The notes under the pieces: generated by a model
The model's input: the letters and a program-made list of their open reading frames with translations, nothing else
What the model was told of the DNA's origin: nothing
The model's database searches: none
Translations under genes and position numbers: made by a program
Shown: positions 38,184 to 50,945 of the stretch, piece by piece
Layout: every line of letters begins with the position of its first letter
How positions within the stretch are numbered: position 1 is the stretch's first letter
Assembly: GCA_001938485.1 (NCBI GenBank)
Contig: MQRK01226294.1
Span: 8,584-72,583 of the forward strand
Source of the DNA: Girardia tigrina
Taxonomy: Eukaryota
Length of the DNA stretch: 64,000 nt
Reading direction: 5' to 3'

Positions 38184-39218
38184 ATGACAGAGCAACAGCT
38201 CCGTGAGAGAGTTCGCAACTTTTGGCAGCTGAACTTTTTAAAAGGAAAAGCCTTCACTGTAAACCACTTTGTGAATGAAGGTTGTGCACGGTCTACCATC
38301 TATACGCTTCTCTTAAACCTCTCCAAGAGTTCAAATGTGCACAGGAAGCCAGGAAGTGGAGGCCACAATAAAAAGTTAACAAATCAACAGCGCGCAAGTA
38401 TTCGGAGATGGATTCAAACAACGCGTGGTGTATTTTACAGACGTGAAGCCAGCAAGTATGGTGTCTGTACCACGACGATGAGGAATATTATCAAGGAAGG
38501 CGGTCTAAAATGCCGAAAGAGAAAGAAGGCTCCTCAGTACACAGAGGAGCAAGTAAAGCGAGTGAAGCTGAGATCAGGGAAATTACTCCGATGTTTGAGT
38601 CATAAAAAAATCATCATGGACGATGAGAGCTACTTCAAGTTGAAATGTGATTATCTACCAGGAAATGATCACTACTTTACTTCGAGTCCTCAATCTGCTC
38701 CTGAACACGTCAAATATAGAACAGAAAGAAAGTTCCCTGTTCAGCTGATGGTTTGGCTTTGTTTCTCCGCAGACCACATCAGTGATTCTATTTTTTTGCA
38801 GCGGCCAAACAGTGTACATGACGATTTCTATCAAGAGCAGTGCATCAGACAAGGTCTGATGAAGTTTATCAAGAAATATCATCGAGATGACGAAATTCTC
38901 TTCTGGTCTGACCTGGCTTCTGCACATTATGCCAACAGCACTCTCAAATTTCTCCATCATCTCAACATCCCCTTTGTTAACAAGGAGTGTAATCCTCCCA
39001 ACGTCCTACACTGCCGCCCAATTGAGAACTTTTGGGGCACTCTAAAGGCGAAAGTGTATGAGAGAGGCTGGGAGGCTCAAACAATCCCTCAACTACAGCA
39101 ACGGAGTAAGAAAATGTTGAAAACAATGGATCAGTCCACGTTGCGGAAGGACTTCAAAAGGATTAAGAAACGCCTTCGTGCTGTGTATAGAGACAGACCA
39201 CTTTCAATTATTCTGTAA
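38184..39218 (+). CDS. Intact DD37E (ITmD37E) transposase ORF, 344 aa
   Basis: N-terminal HTH/RKPGSG region, IIMDDESYF, FWSDLASAHY and NPPNVLHCRPIENFW, with exactly 37 aa between the second D and the E. No stops. TIRs not found. Confidence 0.9.
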   Translation: MTEQQLRERVRNFWQLNFLKGKAFTVNHFVNEGCARSTIYTLLLNLSKSSNVHRKPGSGGHNKKLTNQQRASIRRWIQTTRGVFYRREASKYGVCTTTMRNIIKEGGLKCRKRKKAPQYTEEQVKRVKLRSGKLLRCLSHKKIIMDDESYFKLKCDYLPGNDHYFTSSPQSAPEHVKYRTERKFPVQLMVWLCFSADHISDSIFLQRPNSVHDDFYQEQCIRQGLMKFIKKYHRDDEILFWSDLASAHYANSTLKFLHHLNIPFVNKECNPPNVLHCRPIENFWGTLKAKVYERGWEAQTIPQLQQRSKKMLKTMDQSTLRKDFKRIKKRLRAVYRDRPLSIIL

Positions 39219-40539
39219 ACATTTTTTGTTCGTTACATCTTGCCCTTCAACATGTAAAGTAAAAAAATAAAATTAAGTAAATTAAAAGTAAAGTTTATTA
39301 AAAAAAAGTAAATTAAAAAAAATTAACAATCTTTAAAACTAATAACTATATCAAACTGAAAACAACAATAATATAAATGATATTAAAATTTTGTTAATTC
39401 AATTCAATCTTAATGAATTAATAAATCATTTTTCTATTCCAAACAAATTTTGTGATATCAATTTAAAGACTAATAAATATAAATTGCATAGAAATTTTAA
39501 AATAAGTAGTAAACTGGATTGAATAAAATGTAAAATATAGAAATTTTCAGATTAAAATACTAATTGAAATTAAACATTATGGAAATAAGCAAATCAGATA
39601 GACAATTTTATCCATAAACATTAAAAATGCTATAAATAATTAATCACTTTTAATTTAAATGTTGAAAAATAAACAGTACGAAAAGATTGACTTTTTATGG
39701 GAAGTGTATTTCCAACAGCAGCCCAGTTCTCATTTACGCATTATATAGAACAAGCAATCGAGAATGCATTTGCTTCATTCTATTCGCATGTTTTCCATTT
39801 ATACAATCACCGATTTATTTCGATATTGATAATTAACAATAGAAATAATTGTTGAGAATTTCTTCAGAAACGGTAACTTAAATTTATATTTAAATGTACA
39901 ATTTGTTATACATAAATGACGACGACAGATTGATTTTAGAATGTTGAATGGTTATTCTCCCATCCAGTTGAAAGTTATGTTATTAAATTTGTATTAACTG
40001 ATTATTTGAACCGTTATAAAATTTAAATAGATAATATTTTAAAATATTTCTATAATGAAAATTAATAAATATTGTTAATGAAGTTAAAATGACAATTAAA
40101 TTTTGAATTTAAATAATCACAATAATCTTTGAGGAGCGGATTATTATTATGACGAGTTAATTTATTTTTTTATTATTATTTTTTAAAATTTGAAATTTTT
40201 AAAAAGTTAAATACTTACAAAAAGTTTTAAAATTAAAAAGTTTTAAGCATTAAAAAAGAAAACCAACAAAAATTAAATACTTATATAAAAAAATGTTTGC
40301 ATTCATAACAATTTTCTAAAAGTATTTTTTAAAAGTATTTATAAATATTGGAACAAAGGGACTTATTTATCATCAAATTAAGAGACGTTTATTTACAAAA
40401 GATGCTGTTGAGTGAACAAAATAATGCTTTAGAAAGACAGAATCAGTATATCAAAAACCTATTATTCTTGTTATTGGCAATACACTTTGTCATAGTTCAA
40501 TTAAGTGTATTTTGGCAGAAGGATTTTAAGTGAATAAAA

Positions 40540-41190
40540 TTCTTAGATTAGCTTCATATATTCCAATGATGAACCCCATTGATTCAGCTTTGTCAAGTTT
40601 AAAGGCAAAAGTGACAATTGTCAATTACTTAATTTCCTCCACAGTATCAATACAGTATCAATAAGAGGGCTCTTGAAGCTTATGAAGAACTAGTTGCATT
40701 GTGATCTATTGACATTCTGGTGTGTTGTTCACAGAAGGGACCTAGCTTTTGAAAGCATTGAAGGAGGCGTTTCGTAGATGCGTATCTGAATTACACATGT
40801 TAAGTCTCCAGCTACCTTTTTCAGGACGTCTAAAAAGACAACGAAACTCCTGCATCAATTTCAACCGAGGGTGAAATATTCTCTGCTCATTACAAAGTTC
40901 GATTTGCGGAGCACATAGTCAACCTTTAACGACTATTCTTTAAAATCTTTACAGTTGCAAGGGAGTTTTCAAGTTTGTAGAAGTGGAAGGTGAATCAAAA
41001 ACAGGGAGAGCAACAGCACGAGGATATTTGAAGACACGGGAATATGAATGACATCAAGTTCGGCTTACCGGTCGCATAGTTGGTGCTTTGAAAATATTTC
41101 ATGATTTGCAAAAGCAGCTACAGTATGATGAACTGAGTCTACTAGATGTAATAATCAATAGAGATTCGGTACTTCGTAACATTTGTTGAA
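40540..41190 (+). mobile_element. Degraded hAT-type transposase remnant
   Basis: Fragments HRRDLA and FSAHYKVRFAEHIVNL resemble ZNF862/KIAA1586-like hAT proteins; fragmentary. Confidence 0.4.
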
Positions 41191-43108
41191 GTGTTGTGTA
41201 ATATAACTCGTGTTGGACTGTTGGTAAAATGTTAAGGGTCAGGTCACTTGTGTATTTTCTTCTTTCAAATCTGAGAACACTTGATAAACAAACTGTTTGG
41301 AATAGGAAAAACCATTATAAAAAATAAGGAAAAACAACAATTTCCATCCGAAAAAAACTTAATCTGTTTCGACACATGACCATTCAAGATTACTTGTGCC
41401 CTACAGTGAAAATTTCTTTAAAAATGCCATGATCCTGCAAGATGAAAATGAATAAGGTTTACGTAAGATTGAGTATCGATTATATAAATTGGAAAGCATT
41501 GTACAAATTCACTAACTGAAATTTATTCATATGTATGTAACAAATATATTGCCAAGATTCAAGGATTGTTGCCAGGTGTTTTAAACCTTTACCATGTTCA
41601 CTATTATTTTAAAATAAAGATATTGAAATTGTTGAAATTAAATTTTAATATTTTAAAAATTTTAAATATAATAATAAGAAATTTTAAAAGTTAAATTTCT
41701 GAAATGCTTTTGATAAATAGTGAAATGATTTTGACTGTTTCCGAAATATTTCTGGCTGTTGATGAAATGAAAATAATTGTACAGAAATGTTTCTGGCTAT
41801 TTCCGAACTGAACGTCTTTTTTAATGATTGACTATTGCTGAAATGTTTGTAGTTATTTCCACGGAGACAACTCTTATTTATGTAATAATAAATGTGTAAA
41901 AAATAATTGTGTCAGTGTTTTTAACACATATTATCAGGGTTTTTAAATTTACGAATGTTTTCTCAATTTTATATTATTATTCTAAAGGTATATTTTTTAT
42001 TAAATTTGTGGTTAGCTTAAAAAATGGAGCATGTGTAGAATGAAAACACGAATTTTTCAAGTGCAGAAAAAGCAAACCCAATTTTTAAAAGTTAAAAAAA
42101 CAATAAAAAATAAAATAATAATATAATATCAGAATAATACAAAAAATTCATCACAATTTATTGTTACTAATTTCTATAGATCAACTGTCATCATCAGACT
42201 AAACTAACAACGATATTTTCGCAGATATATACCAAAGCAATGTTTATGTAGTTATTATGTGATTTCTAAATCACAAAAATACTTTCAAAAAAATCTGAGA
42301 AGATGATGTTTTTACAATGATTTTAAGATCAAATGATTTGATCATCAGAGCTTCGCACATCACTTCCCAGTAATAATGAAATTGTGAACACAAAGTAAAG
42401 TTGATTAAAGTAATTTTAAAATTTTAATTCACAAAAAAAAGGAAAATAAAAAAGATGATTTTAAATCATACTTACTGAGGAAGTCTTCTATAGCTTGTTC
42501 ATTCTCATGCTGAAAAAGATTATTTTATCAATTTTGTGCTATATTTGTTCATGCATTTGTTATGGATTTAACTAACCTATAATTTTTCTAAAACTTGTCA
42601 TAAACCATTTCTGTGATTGGCTAAATTTTGGGGCAAAGAAGACTTTTTAATCTTAAAAAACAATATACAAAAAACACAGTTGAATATGCCGAGAATTGAT
42701 TTTGAGATTGCATGAAATTTTCATAATGCCTCGTTCAGTACGATCAATCAAAACTGACCAAATTAAAATAAGAATGTTTGTATTAGATGAAAACGAATTA
42801 TGATAACAAAAAGTGAGGAAATTAATGAAATTTCACACTATCAAATTTAGAGAATATAAATGGATATTTAAGAACTTGGATTGACAAACTCTTTTATTCG
42901 GAAAGCAGATTATAACTTTTTTTCTCAATTTTTGTACAAGTGTAAATAAAGTATTTTTTTTATGAAAGATGAATATAATATCTAGACTCTAGATTCTAGA
43001 TTTTTGGAAAAGTGGAAACAGTTAAGCAGTCTGTGGTGAAAAACATCAATAGGAAAAACGAATGAAACAGCTATAAAAATAGTTTTTCAACATCCTCTGA
43101 ATGACATA

Positions 43109-46100
43109 CAGTTACTTCCAGTTATTAAAAAGTCGCTAATAAAAACTATCGTTTATTACAAGTATTTACTCTGGCAATAGCATTTGAAAGGTTGGCTACA
43201 GAGGAAAAAAGTTTGTTATTACAAACCCGGTTAATGCAAACTATAGGTTATTACAAATCGTCACGTGTATAGATTCGTTTAGATACAGTTACTTCTGATT
43301 ATTACAAACTCACTGTTTCCAATAGATTTTTGATTGGAAATCAATATTGATGTAATCGTTTTGTAATCAAAAGTCTGGACCATGTGAATAAAATGATCCG
43401 AAATTTGCACAAGTAAATAAAATTATTCTTTAAATTACAGAAATAAAAAAATATTTAAATCATTTCTTTTTAACTTGCGTATAATGACGAGTGGACACAA
43501 AGGACCTGACTTGATAAATGACGAAAAGCTGAGGATTGTTCACGAGAATAATGAAAATGACAAACGAAAAGCGCTGTGAAATAGCGGCCGAGTATAACAT
43601 AATGCCATCAAGCCTATCTTGCATCATCAAAAGAAGAGAAAGCATTGAAAGTCGAGCATATTCTGTAACTGCAACATCAACAGCTACGCGCCATTGACCA
43701 ACCAACAAATTTCCAGAAATCGATGCAATATTGGTTGAGTGGTTCATAGCCTATAGTAATTCTGCAACAGATGTTAGCGATGAGCTCTTGCAATCTAAAG
43801 CATGAACATTCATCAGCTCTATGAAAGTGGATGGCGAAATCTATGTCATGGGTGCAACGTTGGAAGGCGCGTCATGATATCATTACGAAGAAGACTTGCG
43901 GAAAAGCGTATTTGTCACCGAAAATGCCGTTTTTACCAAGTACAAGTTGACTCTGTCCAACATACTACAGCGCTTTTCTCCCAAAAAAATCTTCAACAGC
44001 GATAAAAGTGGTCTCTTCTGGAAACTCAGTCCTGCAAATACAATCGCTTTCAAATCGGAAAAATGCCTTGGAGTTAAATGTGCCAAGGATCGTGTAACCG
44101 TAGTTCAGGAGTGGGCACACTTTAAACGTTGTACGATCAACTAAAATTTTAATTACTTAACTGCGATCGACTAAAATTTTTAATATTTAACTGCGATCGA
44201 CTGTTTCAGAAATGAGAAAACATAACACAGTATGTTTATTAATTTTATTATAGTGTAAATGTAATAAATGCTGTGTAAATGTCTTCTTCTCGCGTCGAAC
44301 CTTTCATCGGAAGAATTTGTAAAAATTCCTCTTTTTCGAAATATTTGAGAATATCATTCTTATAGACATAATTAATTGTGCAGCATCAATGTCATCAGTT
44401 GATTCATCAAACTGTAATGAAAAGAAACTGCAGTTTTGTATGTGATCTTCAAATTTTTCAGTTACATTACCACTCATATCTTCATTACGTCGAGTTACAG
44501 TTCGGCAAGAAAGTTGCAAATCTTTAATTGCATCAAGAATTTTGTTTTTATTTTTAAAGTTGTTAAATATTTTTTCACTGCTCTCAAGGAAAGCTTCCAT
44601 CACGAAAACTTCACCATCACGATAATACTTTTATGTTTTCCCAAAACATAGGAGATCACATAGAATTCTTCAGTGGCTAACTTAGATTGTCTCGAAGACT
44701 TTTGAAGGATAATATGTTGTACGGTTAATTTTAATACATGAATAAACACCAAATTTTTGAATATTCAAAAAAAATTCAATATCATTCTAATTGCCATTAA
44801 TTTAAACTTTAAATATATTTTAATTTGAAACGTTGAATTTTGAGTCTTAATTTAAAATCCTAATGAAAATTTGTGTATTTCCATGTTATTTTCACGATTA
44901 TTTTTACTCAGATAAATCTATTGTTAAATATTTAAAATTTATCTGCAAAAATGTCTGCGATCTACTATCAATCAGCTCACGGTCGACCGTTTGCCCATCC
45001 ATGCCGTAATTGTTGTCGCTAGAATGCCATGGGAGAAATTACCGCTGTTGATTATTGAAAAATCAGACTGTACAAGAGCCTCCCGAAACCAAAACGTGCC
45101 ATTGGATTAAACAAGTAGCCGAAAAGCCTTGATGACTGGGACAATCTTTGAAGTGAACATTTGCAAAAAAGAGACAAGCTAATGATCTCTGCTGGAAGTC
45201 AGACAGAATTGATTGTTGACAACTGCATTTCTTATTTTCTTGTAATAGAACTGGTGGTTGTCACCCTCATCTTCCTTCTTCCTAACATGACATCGAAGAT
45301 TGAGCCAATAGATAGTGATTTTATATGGAGTCTAAATGCGACTTATCAAAAAAGTCTGATGACACAAATTCTAATCTCGCATGACGCGAAGGTGTACTTT
45401 AAGGCTAACATTCTGACATCTCTGATGTGGTTGGATAATGCATGGAAAAGCGTCAAGACAGAAACAATCGTCAACTGCTTTAAGGTGGCCGGTGTTGTAC
45501 AAGAGTCATCAGATAGTTCAGTACAACAGGCATTAGAAAAGAAATTCCTACTGAACTTGACGGTATCTTTGATTGACTGAGAGTGACATTTTCTCTGCCA
45601 GAAACAATGACAATGGACACCCTTAACGCCATTAACACTGACCTCATTACTCCTCAACCTTTTAAGGAAAGTGCCATCCTTGCATCACAGACAATTAAAA
45701 CGTCACAATGACGAAGAATCAGCCGAAGAATATCTGCAAGAGAAAGAGCTTCAACCACCATCTCCAGCAGAAGTTCCACAAATGATGCAACGAATTCGCC
45801 TGTTCTTGCTACAACTTTTGAGCTTTCAACAAGATTTTGTTGTTTCACAAAACACTGAAAATGTCATTGACAGACGTTGCTCTTAATTCTAAACGCCAGT
45901 TACTTTAGATAATTTTATTTTGAAAAAAAATATATTTGTGCAGAGATGGACTGACAGTAAATCCGTCGAAATCCAATGCATGTTGTAAAATACAAGTTGA
46001 TATTATTTTATGTTTTCAAATGATATTGCTTTATTTTTTTAAGGAAATTTGCCATTATTTATTCTGGTTTTTGCTTAATTTTAAAACTTTTGACTCGTTG

Positions 46101-46205
46101 AGTTACGACTCGTTGAGTTACGAATCTGAGTACTGTGGAGTGACTATCGGTTATTACAAACTTTCGCCTTGGAAACAAAGAGTTTGTAATAACCAGAAGT
46201 AACTG
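43109..46205 (+). mobile_element. Tigger/pogo element (CENP-B-like transposase pseudogene) interrupted by a hAT element
   Basis: TA-flanked TIR CAGTTACTTCTGRTTATTACAAACTC at 43286 (a second, more diverged left end at 43109) and its reverse complement at 46180-46205. HTH (EIAAEYNI..SSLSCIIKRRE, FPEIDAILVEWF), IFNSDKSGLFW..KDRVTV, EKLPLLII, LIVDNC and FLLPNMTSKIEPID. Confidence 0.88.
44106..45003 (-). mobile_element. Internally deleted hAT (Charlie/SPIN/Buster-like) nested in the Tigger DDE domain
   Basis: TSD CCGTAGTT/CCGTAATT (44098-44105, 45004-45011). TIRs CAGGAGTGGGCA / CATGGATGGGCA. ORF 44603->44304 has LSCRTVTRR and FSLQFDESTD..AQL. Confidence 0.88.
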
Positions 46206-47779
46206 TACAGATTATTATCAGAGGAAACACTGAACAGACATAATTAACATTTGCTTTGGAATATTAATTTTTTTATTTAACTTTTCTTATACATAAAAAG
46301 TTTCAGTAATTTTTTTTGGAAATCTGATATATCTAAATCTCTAACAAATCAATTAATCACTACTAATAAAAATAAAAATTACTTTTACTACTTCTACAAC
46401 CAAAATTTGACGTAATTTAATTAAAATAAGATCGACATTTTAAATGATGACAATGCAATTGGAAAAGTAAAAATATACAAATAGTTATGAATAAAAAAAT
46501 ACAAAACTTTCTAAAATGTAACGATTTAATTTCTCATTTTATGCCCAATATACAATTTTCGTTTTATAAATAAAAAATGACTCATTATAATAACTAGAAC
46601 TTATCCATTTATAATTTATCTGATTTCGCCCACGATATGAAATTAAATTTTCTTCAAAATAATTCATTAGGAAAGTCAAAATAGCCATCAAAAATTAATT
46701 TTTGAAACTATTAAAAGCAAAACTAAAATTATTACAATAATTATTAATATTTATAAATTAATTTTAACGATTTAACCGATGTTGCGTTAAATATTTATTT
46801 TTTAAATAATTGTTTAATAACTTTTTCTTGAAAAAAGTTATTAAATTATACAAATTAACTCTAAAATTTCGAAAATTAAATGTTAGGTAAATAAATTCTC
46901 TAATAATTTTCTTTAAAAAAATATTTTGATAACGGCGAAAAAAAATTAATAATCATTAATAATCACTAAATTTTGTTTCATTAGTAATAGTTGAATTAGT
47001 AAAAAGTTAAATTTAGTTTTATGAACATAAAAGTAAAATGTATTCGTAATAAAAACATCTTTCTATCTTAAAATAAATAATATTTCATTTTCATATTAAT
47101 ATCTATAATTTAGACTTTATAAACTTGATTAAATTTGTTGGGAATCAATATTCAAATTACAAAGATTTCATCAAATTATTTAATATATTTCTGAAGTTTA
47201 AAGAAACAATTTTCATTTTGATAAACTAAAACTTTCATTTTATATATCTTCTAAAATAATTTTATATGAGAAATAACTGATCCGATTAATCATAAGCGGT
47301 GTTAGTTACGTCAATATTATCAGTCATGAATATTACAAAATAAATAATTTTTATTGCAAACAAATTTTCATCTTTCTTTTAAAATTCAATTCGCCGATAT
47401 TATTTGTTAAATAATCCTTTAATTTTTTAAATCCTGATTATGTTTTTAAATAACTGAAAATTAAAAGTAATATATTTAATTCGATTTTTAATTTAACCTT
47501 ATTTATTCTAAAATAAAATTTACTTTTAAAATTAAAAATACTTAATCATAAAACATAAAAATCTTTTAATTTCAAATCAATTAAAATATTAAAAAATATT
47601 ATTTTCAAAAATTATATACTTTTTAGATAATAATTTATTTCAGTTATATTAGGAAACATATTTTCATAATTTAATACAAAATATTATCGTAAAAATTTTT
47701 TAATTATGATTTTAATTTTATGTTTTTTAAATTTTAAAATTTAATTTTTTAACTAAATTTAACAAACAATTCATATCCC

Positions 47780-50390
47780 CATTTTTAAAGATTTTTTTCA
47801 CTTTTTCCTCACTTTGATTCAAGATTTCGTTGCTAAGTTTGTATCTTTGGTATATATCTTATTATCACTTTGTACTTTCATTCATATTTGTCTTTTTCCT
47901 TTACTCCAGTTTTTACCTCGACCAGCACTTCATCTTCAATTTTGAACTTTTTCTAACAGGAAGCTCTTCCTTTTCATGATTCGTCTTTATATCTCTACCA
48001 TACCATCTTTCTCTGAATAGTCTTAGACCAAATATAACTTCCACCAAACTCTTATCCATTGTCTTCGGAAATATTACATTTAGTGTAAATTATAGTAGCA
48101 GGTCTTCCCAATCTGTCCTTTTTTTCTCGCAGCGACACATATAAATATTCTCTGATTGTCCTAAATTGTCTCTCTCCTATTCCATTCGAGTTAAGAGAGT
48201 ATGGGCTTGAGTAATATATTTTTATGTTCATTAATGTTTCAATATCTTTAAATATCTAAGACTCAAATGTCATATTACAATCTACATGTATTTCCTTCGG
48301 TGCTACAAATTTCAAGATCCATTTTTTTAATTATAGTATTTTCTTATAGTTACTTTATCCTGCTTGTTAATAGCCGTCAATGATATGCACCTGCTAAACT
48401 GATAAATAATGGTAACAACATATTTTTTCTTTCTCCACGTCTCCTTTAGAGATCCGTATACGTCTGTTTGATTTCAAAAAAGGGTGGGGGCGATCAGACC
48501 GGCGACAACGGCTGTTCACTGAACATTGACGGATGCAAGGCATGGAATCTAGATTGATGAGTTGATGAATAATCTCCTCGAGCTGAAATCATCGGACATA
48601 CAGAAACACTCTCTCTCAAAACGTGCAGAAAGGCCTTCTGGGAAAAATATTTCTGGTTTTGGAAATTTGTCTTGAAAGCAGCGTACTATTAATCGGTCAC
48701 CCAATGAAAATATTGTCCCTTATTCTGATGGGTCTTTTGATTTATCAGGTTTCGCCGATCCTTTCAGACGGACTTCTGGGCTTGTGAAAATATTCCCAAC
48801 AAAAATGAATATCATAAATGTCAGAGCTTAAATGCATTTGAGGATTTCACTAAGACATCAATCAATAATTTCGAATAAAAAGAGAGGTCGTCCAACAACA
48901 GCCGAATTAAAAAATAAAACTGATGAATCTAACGGAAATTCTATAAGAAATCGTAATTTTCCGACTCAACAAATGCCACTTCAACTTCCAGTGGGAAATA
49001 AATATCTTGGATTTATTTCAATTCATAACGATTCAACGAAATTTGTATTGATACAATGGATAAAAAGCTGATAATGACGCTGGAATGTATTCATGTCACT
49101 ATGAAGGTGGCAATCAGTTATGGGCATTTAACACCAACGGAAACATTATATCCGACAAATTATGTCTCAACGGATCCAGTAATAGAAATGTCGCCATGAA
49201 AATGGTTAACTGTGATTTATCATCTTTAAGTCAAAGATTCAGATTGATGCAAATACAAAGCAGCTTAAAATATTATTCTCGACACATGTAGCGACTCTTC
49301 GTCCCAGCAATGGAGTATGGAAAATTACAAACCCAGAAAACTGACAGATGAATGATCAAGCTCATTGTCCGAATCAAAAGTTTTTTTGGTGAAAACTAAT
49401 TTTTCCACTGTTATTCCTTGTGTTATTTAAGGAAACATTGTTTTCTAAAATCCTCGGAAAATTTTGTTTCGCTTGTCTATTTTGTATATTTAATTTTTGA
49501 AAATGAAAAAAAATTATTAAAAAAATATTAAATAAAAAAATAATCAAAGTTGCCAAAACGGCAAATAAAATGGATCAGATTTTGTTTCTTTGTGTGCTGT
49601 TTATATTCGGCCGTTGTGATTGGCCAGTTTTTTATTGAATTTTTTGATTAATGGTGTTTGAAAAAGTTTTCATATCGATTGTTTAAATCGATCAATTTCG
49701 ATATTTTGGGCGCGATTTTAAAAAAAGTTCGAGACGCCATAGTTTTTTAATAATTTTACAATTTCTCAAATGATTCATTTGCGACTAATGTCATTAATTC
49801 TTTCTTCGTATCTATCGTTAATGTTTTACTTTTCTGACATGCTTCACACTATCCAGTGACTTATTATTTAATTCGTTTGACCACGTCATAATTTTCTGCG
49901 ATGAATTTTGCAACTTTCTCTACCCCAGTTTGAGATAATAGAGTATGTATCTGTGCGATCATTTCTTTCGCTTTTCGACTTTGGTATCTAAATCATCCCC
50001 GTGTTTTCCTTATTATACCGTCTTCAATAGTCAATTTTTTATCTTTACATGAATTCAAGTTCTTCTTTTTCTTCCTGTTAATTTTTGAAAATCTCTAATG
50101 GGTCCAGAATGTTGATCCTCTGAGTCTTTATCTTCTGTATTTTTGCGTCTTTGAGAGCCATCAAGCATTGAGTACATGCATCGCATCATATGATTCACAT
50201 GTATTCCGTGACAATGTATTCACGTTTGACTGTTCTGTTCCTTTTCTATATTCTAAATGGATATATACTTGATGGATTATTTATCCACGTCTGAAACTGC
50301 GTGGATAAATAGATATTTGTTTTCAACATCAATTTAATGTCATTATCATAATTTCATGAAGTAAATCGCCTTCTATATTAATAATTATTA
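47780..50390 (-). mobile_element. Degraded Gypsy pol (RNase H end and integrase) split by an insertion at about 48467-49757
   Basis: 50390-49758 reads ..PQFQTWINN..LEYRKG..NESFEKL. 48466-47780 resumes DVYGSLKE..KYVVTIIYQFSR..WILKF.APKEIHVD..NGIGERQFRTIRE. Collinear with the copy at 50941-52230. Confidence 0.75.
48982..49355 (+). pseudogene. Intron-less, frameshifted fragment of a ricin-B lectin domain resembling polypeptide GalNAc-transferase (GALNT)
   Basis: QLPVGNKYLGFI / EICIDTMDKK / AGMYSCHYEGGNQLWAFNTNGNIISDKLCLN..MVNC..SQRF / ILDTCSDSSSQQWSMENY*: alpha, beta and gamma ricin repeats with CHxxGGNQ and QQW motifs. Confidence 0.7.
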
Positions 50391-50464
50391 AAATGCTGAC
50401 AAAATAATACTATTAAGAATACCAACATGGCTTTTCGAACTTTTATTTTCAATACAATTAGAAT

Positions 50465-50945
50465 TGTCTTTTGGACAACTCTCGGCAAAGCTTTCGAAAT
50501 TCGACATCGTTCTAAATTGATGAATTTTAGTTAAATATTTTTAATAAACAATTATTCGAACATTTTTTTCATTATTTTCAGATTTTATTTTTAAAGTTCA
50601 AATTTTGTAATTTTAGTAATAATTTTATCTACATATTAATGTTATTAAAAAAATGATTTTATGTAAAGAAAGAACATTTATTTAATTTAAAACTTAGTTA
50701 AAAGCTATTTACTTTATTTAAATTTTTAATATGAAAATTTGAAACGATTTAATATTTTTAAAGTTTTCTAAATATCTTATGCTGTACTTAAAAATGCAAA
50801 TTATACTCGCATAATTTATTTATCGTGAACATCCAAAATATCAATTTTCCATCTGGGTGGGAAAAACATATTTCCAAATACTAAACTCAACATGCAAAAT
50901 TCAAAAAACTAATTTCAACATACCAAATTTAAAATATTCATCACA
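50465..50945 (-). mobile_element. Putative 3' LTR of the Gypsy element
   Basis: Purine tract GAGAGGGA immediately followed by TGTGATGAATATTTTAAATTTGG. A homologous block lies at about 57955-58350. The far end is uncertain. Confidence 0.6.

Noticed and set aside
42160-42204. Second hammerhead (minus strand CTGATGATGACAGTT)
   Set aside because: It shares the 5' half of the 56922 motif, but the stem II partner and stem I pairing are lost; degenerate.
42476-42655. Small exon-like segments with GTAAGT/GTTAGT donors on the minus strand
   Set aside because: No consistent open frame, and no CxxC-ending phase-0 exon to join NALF.
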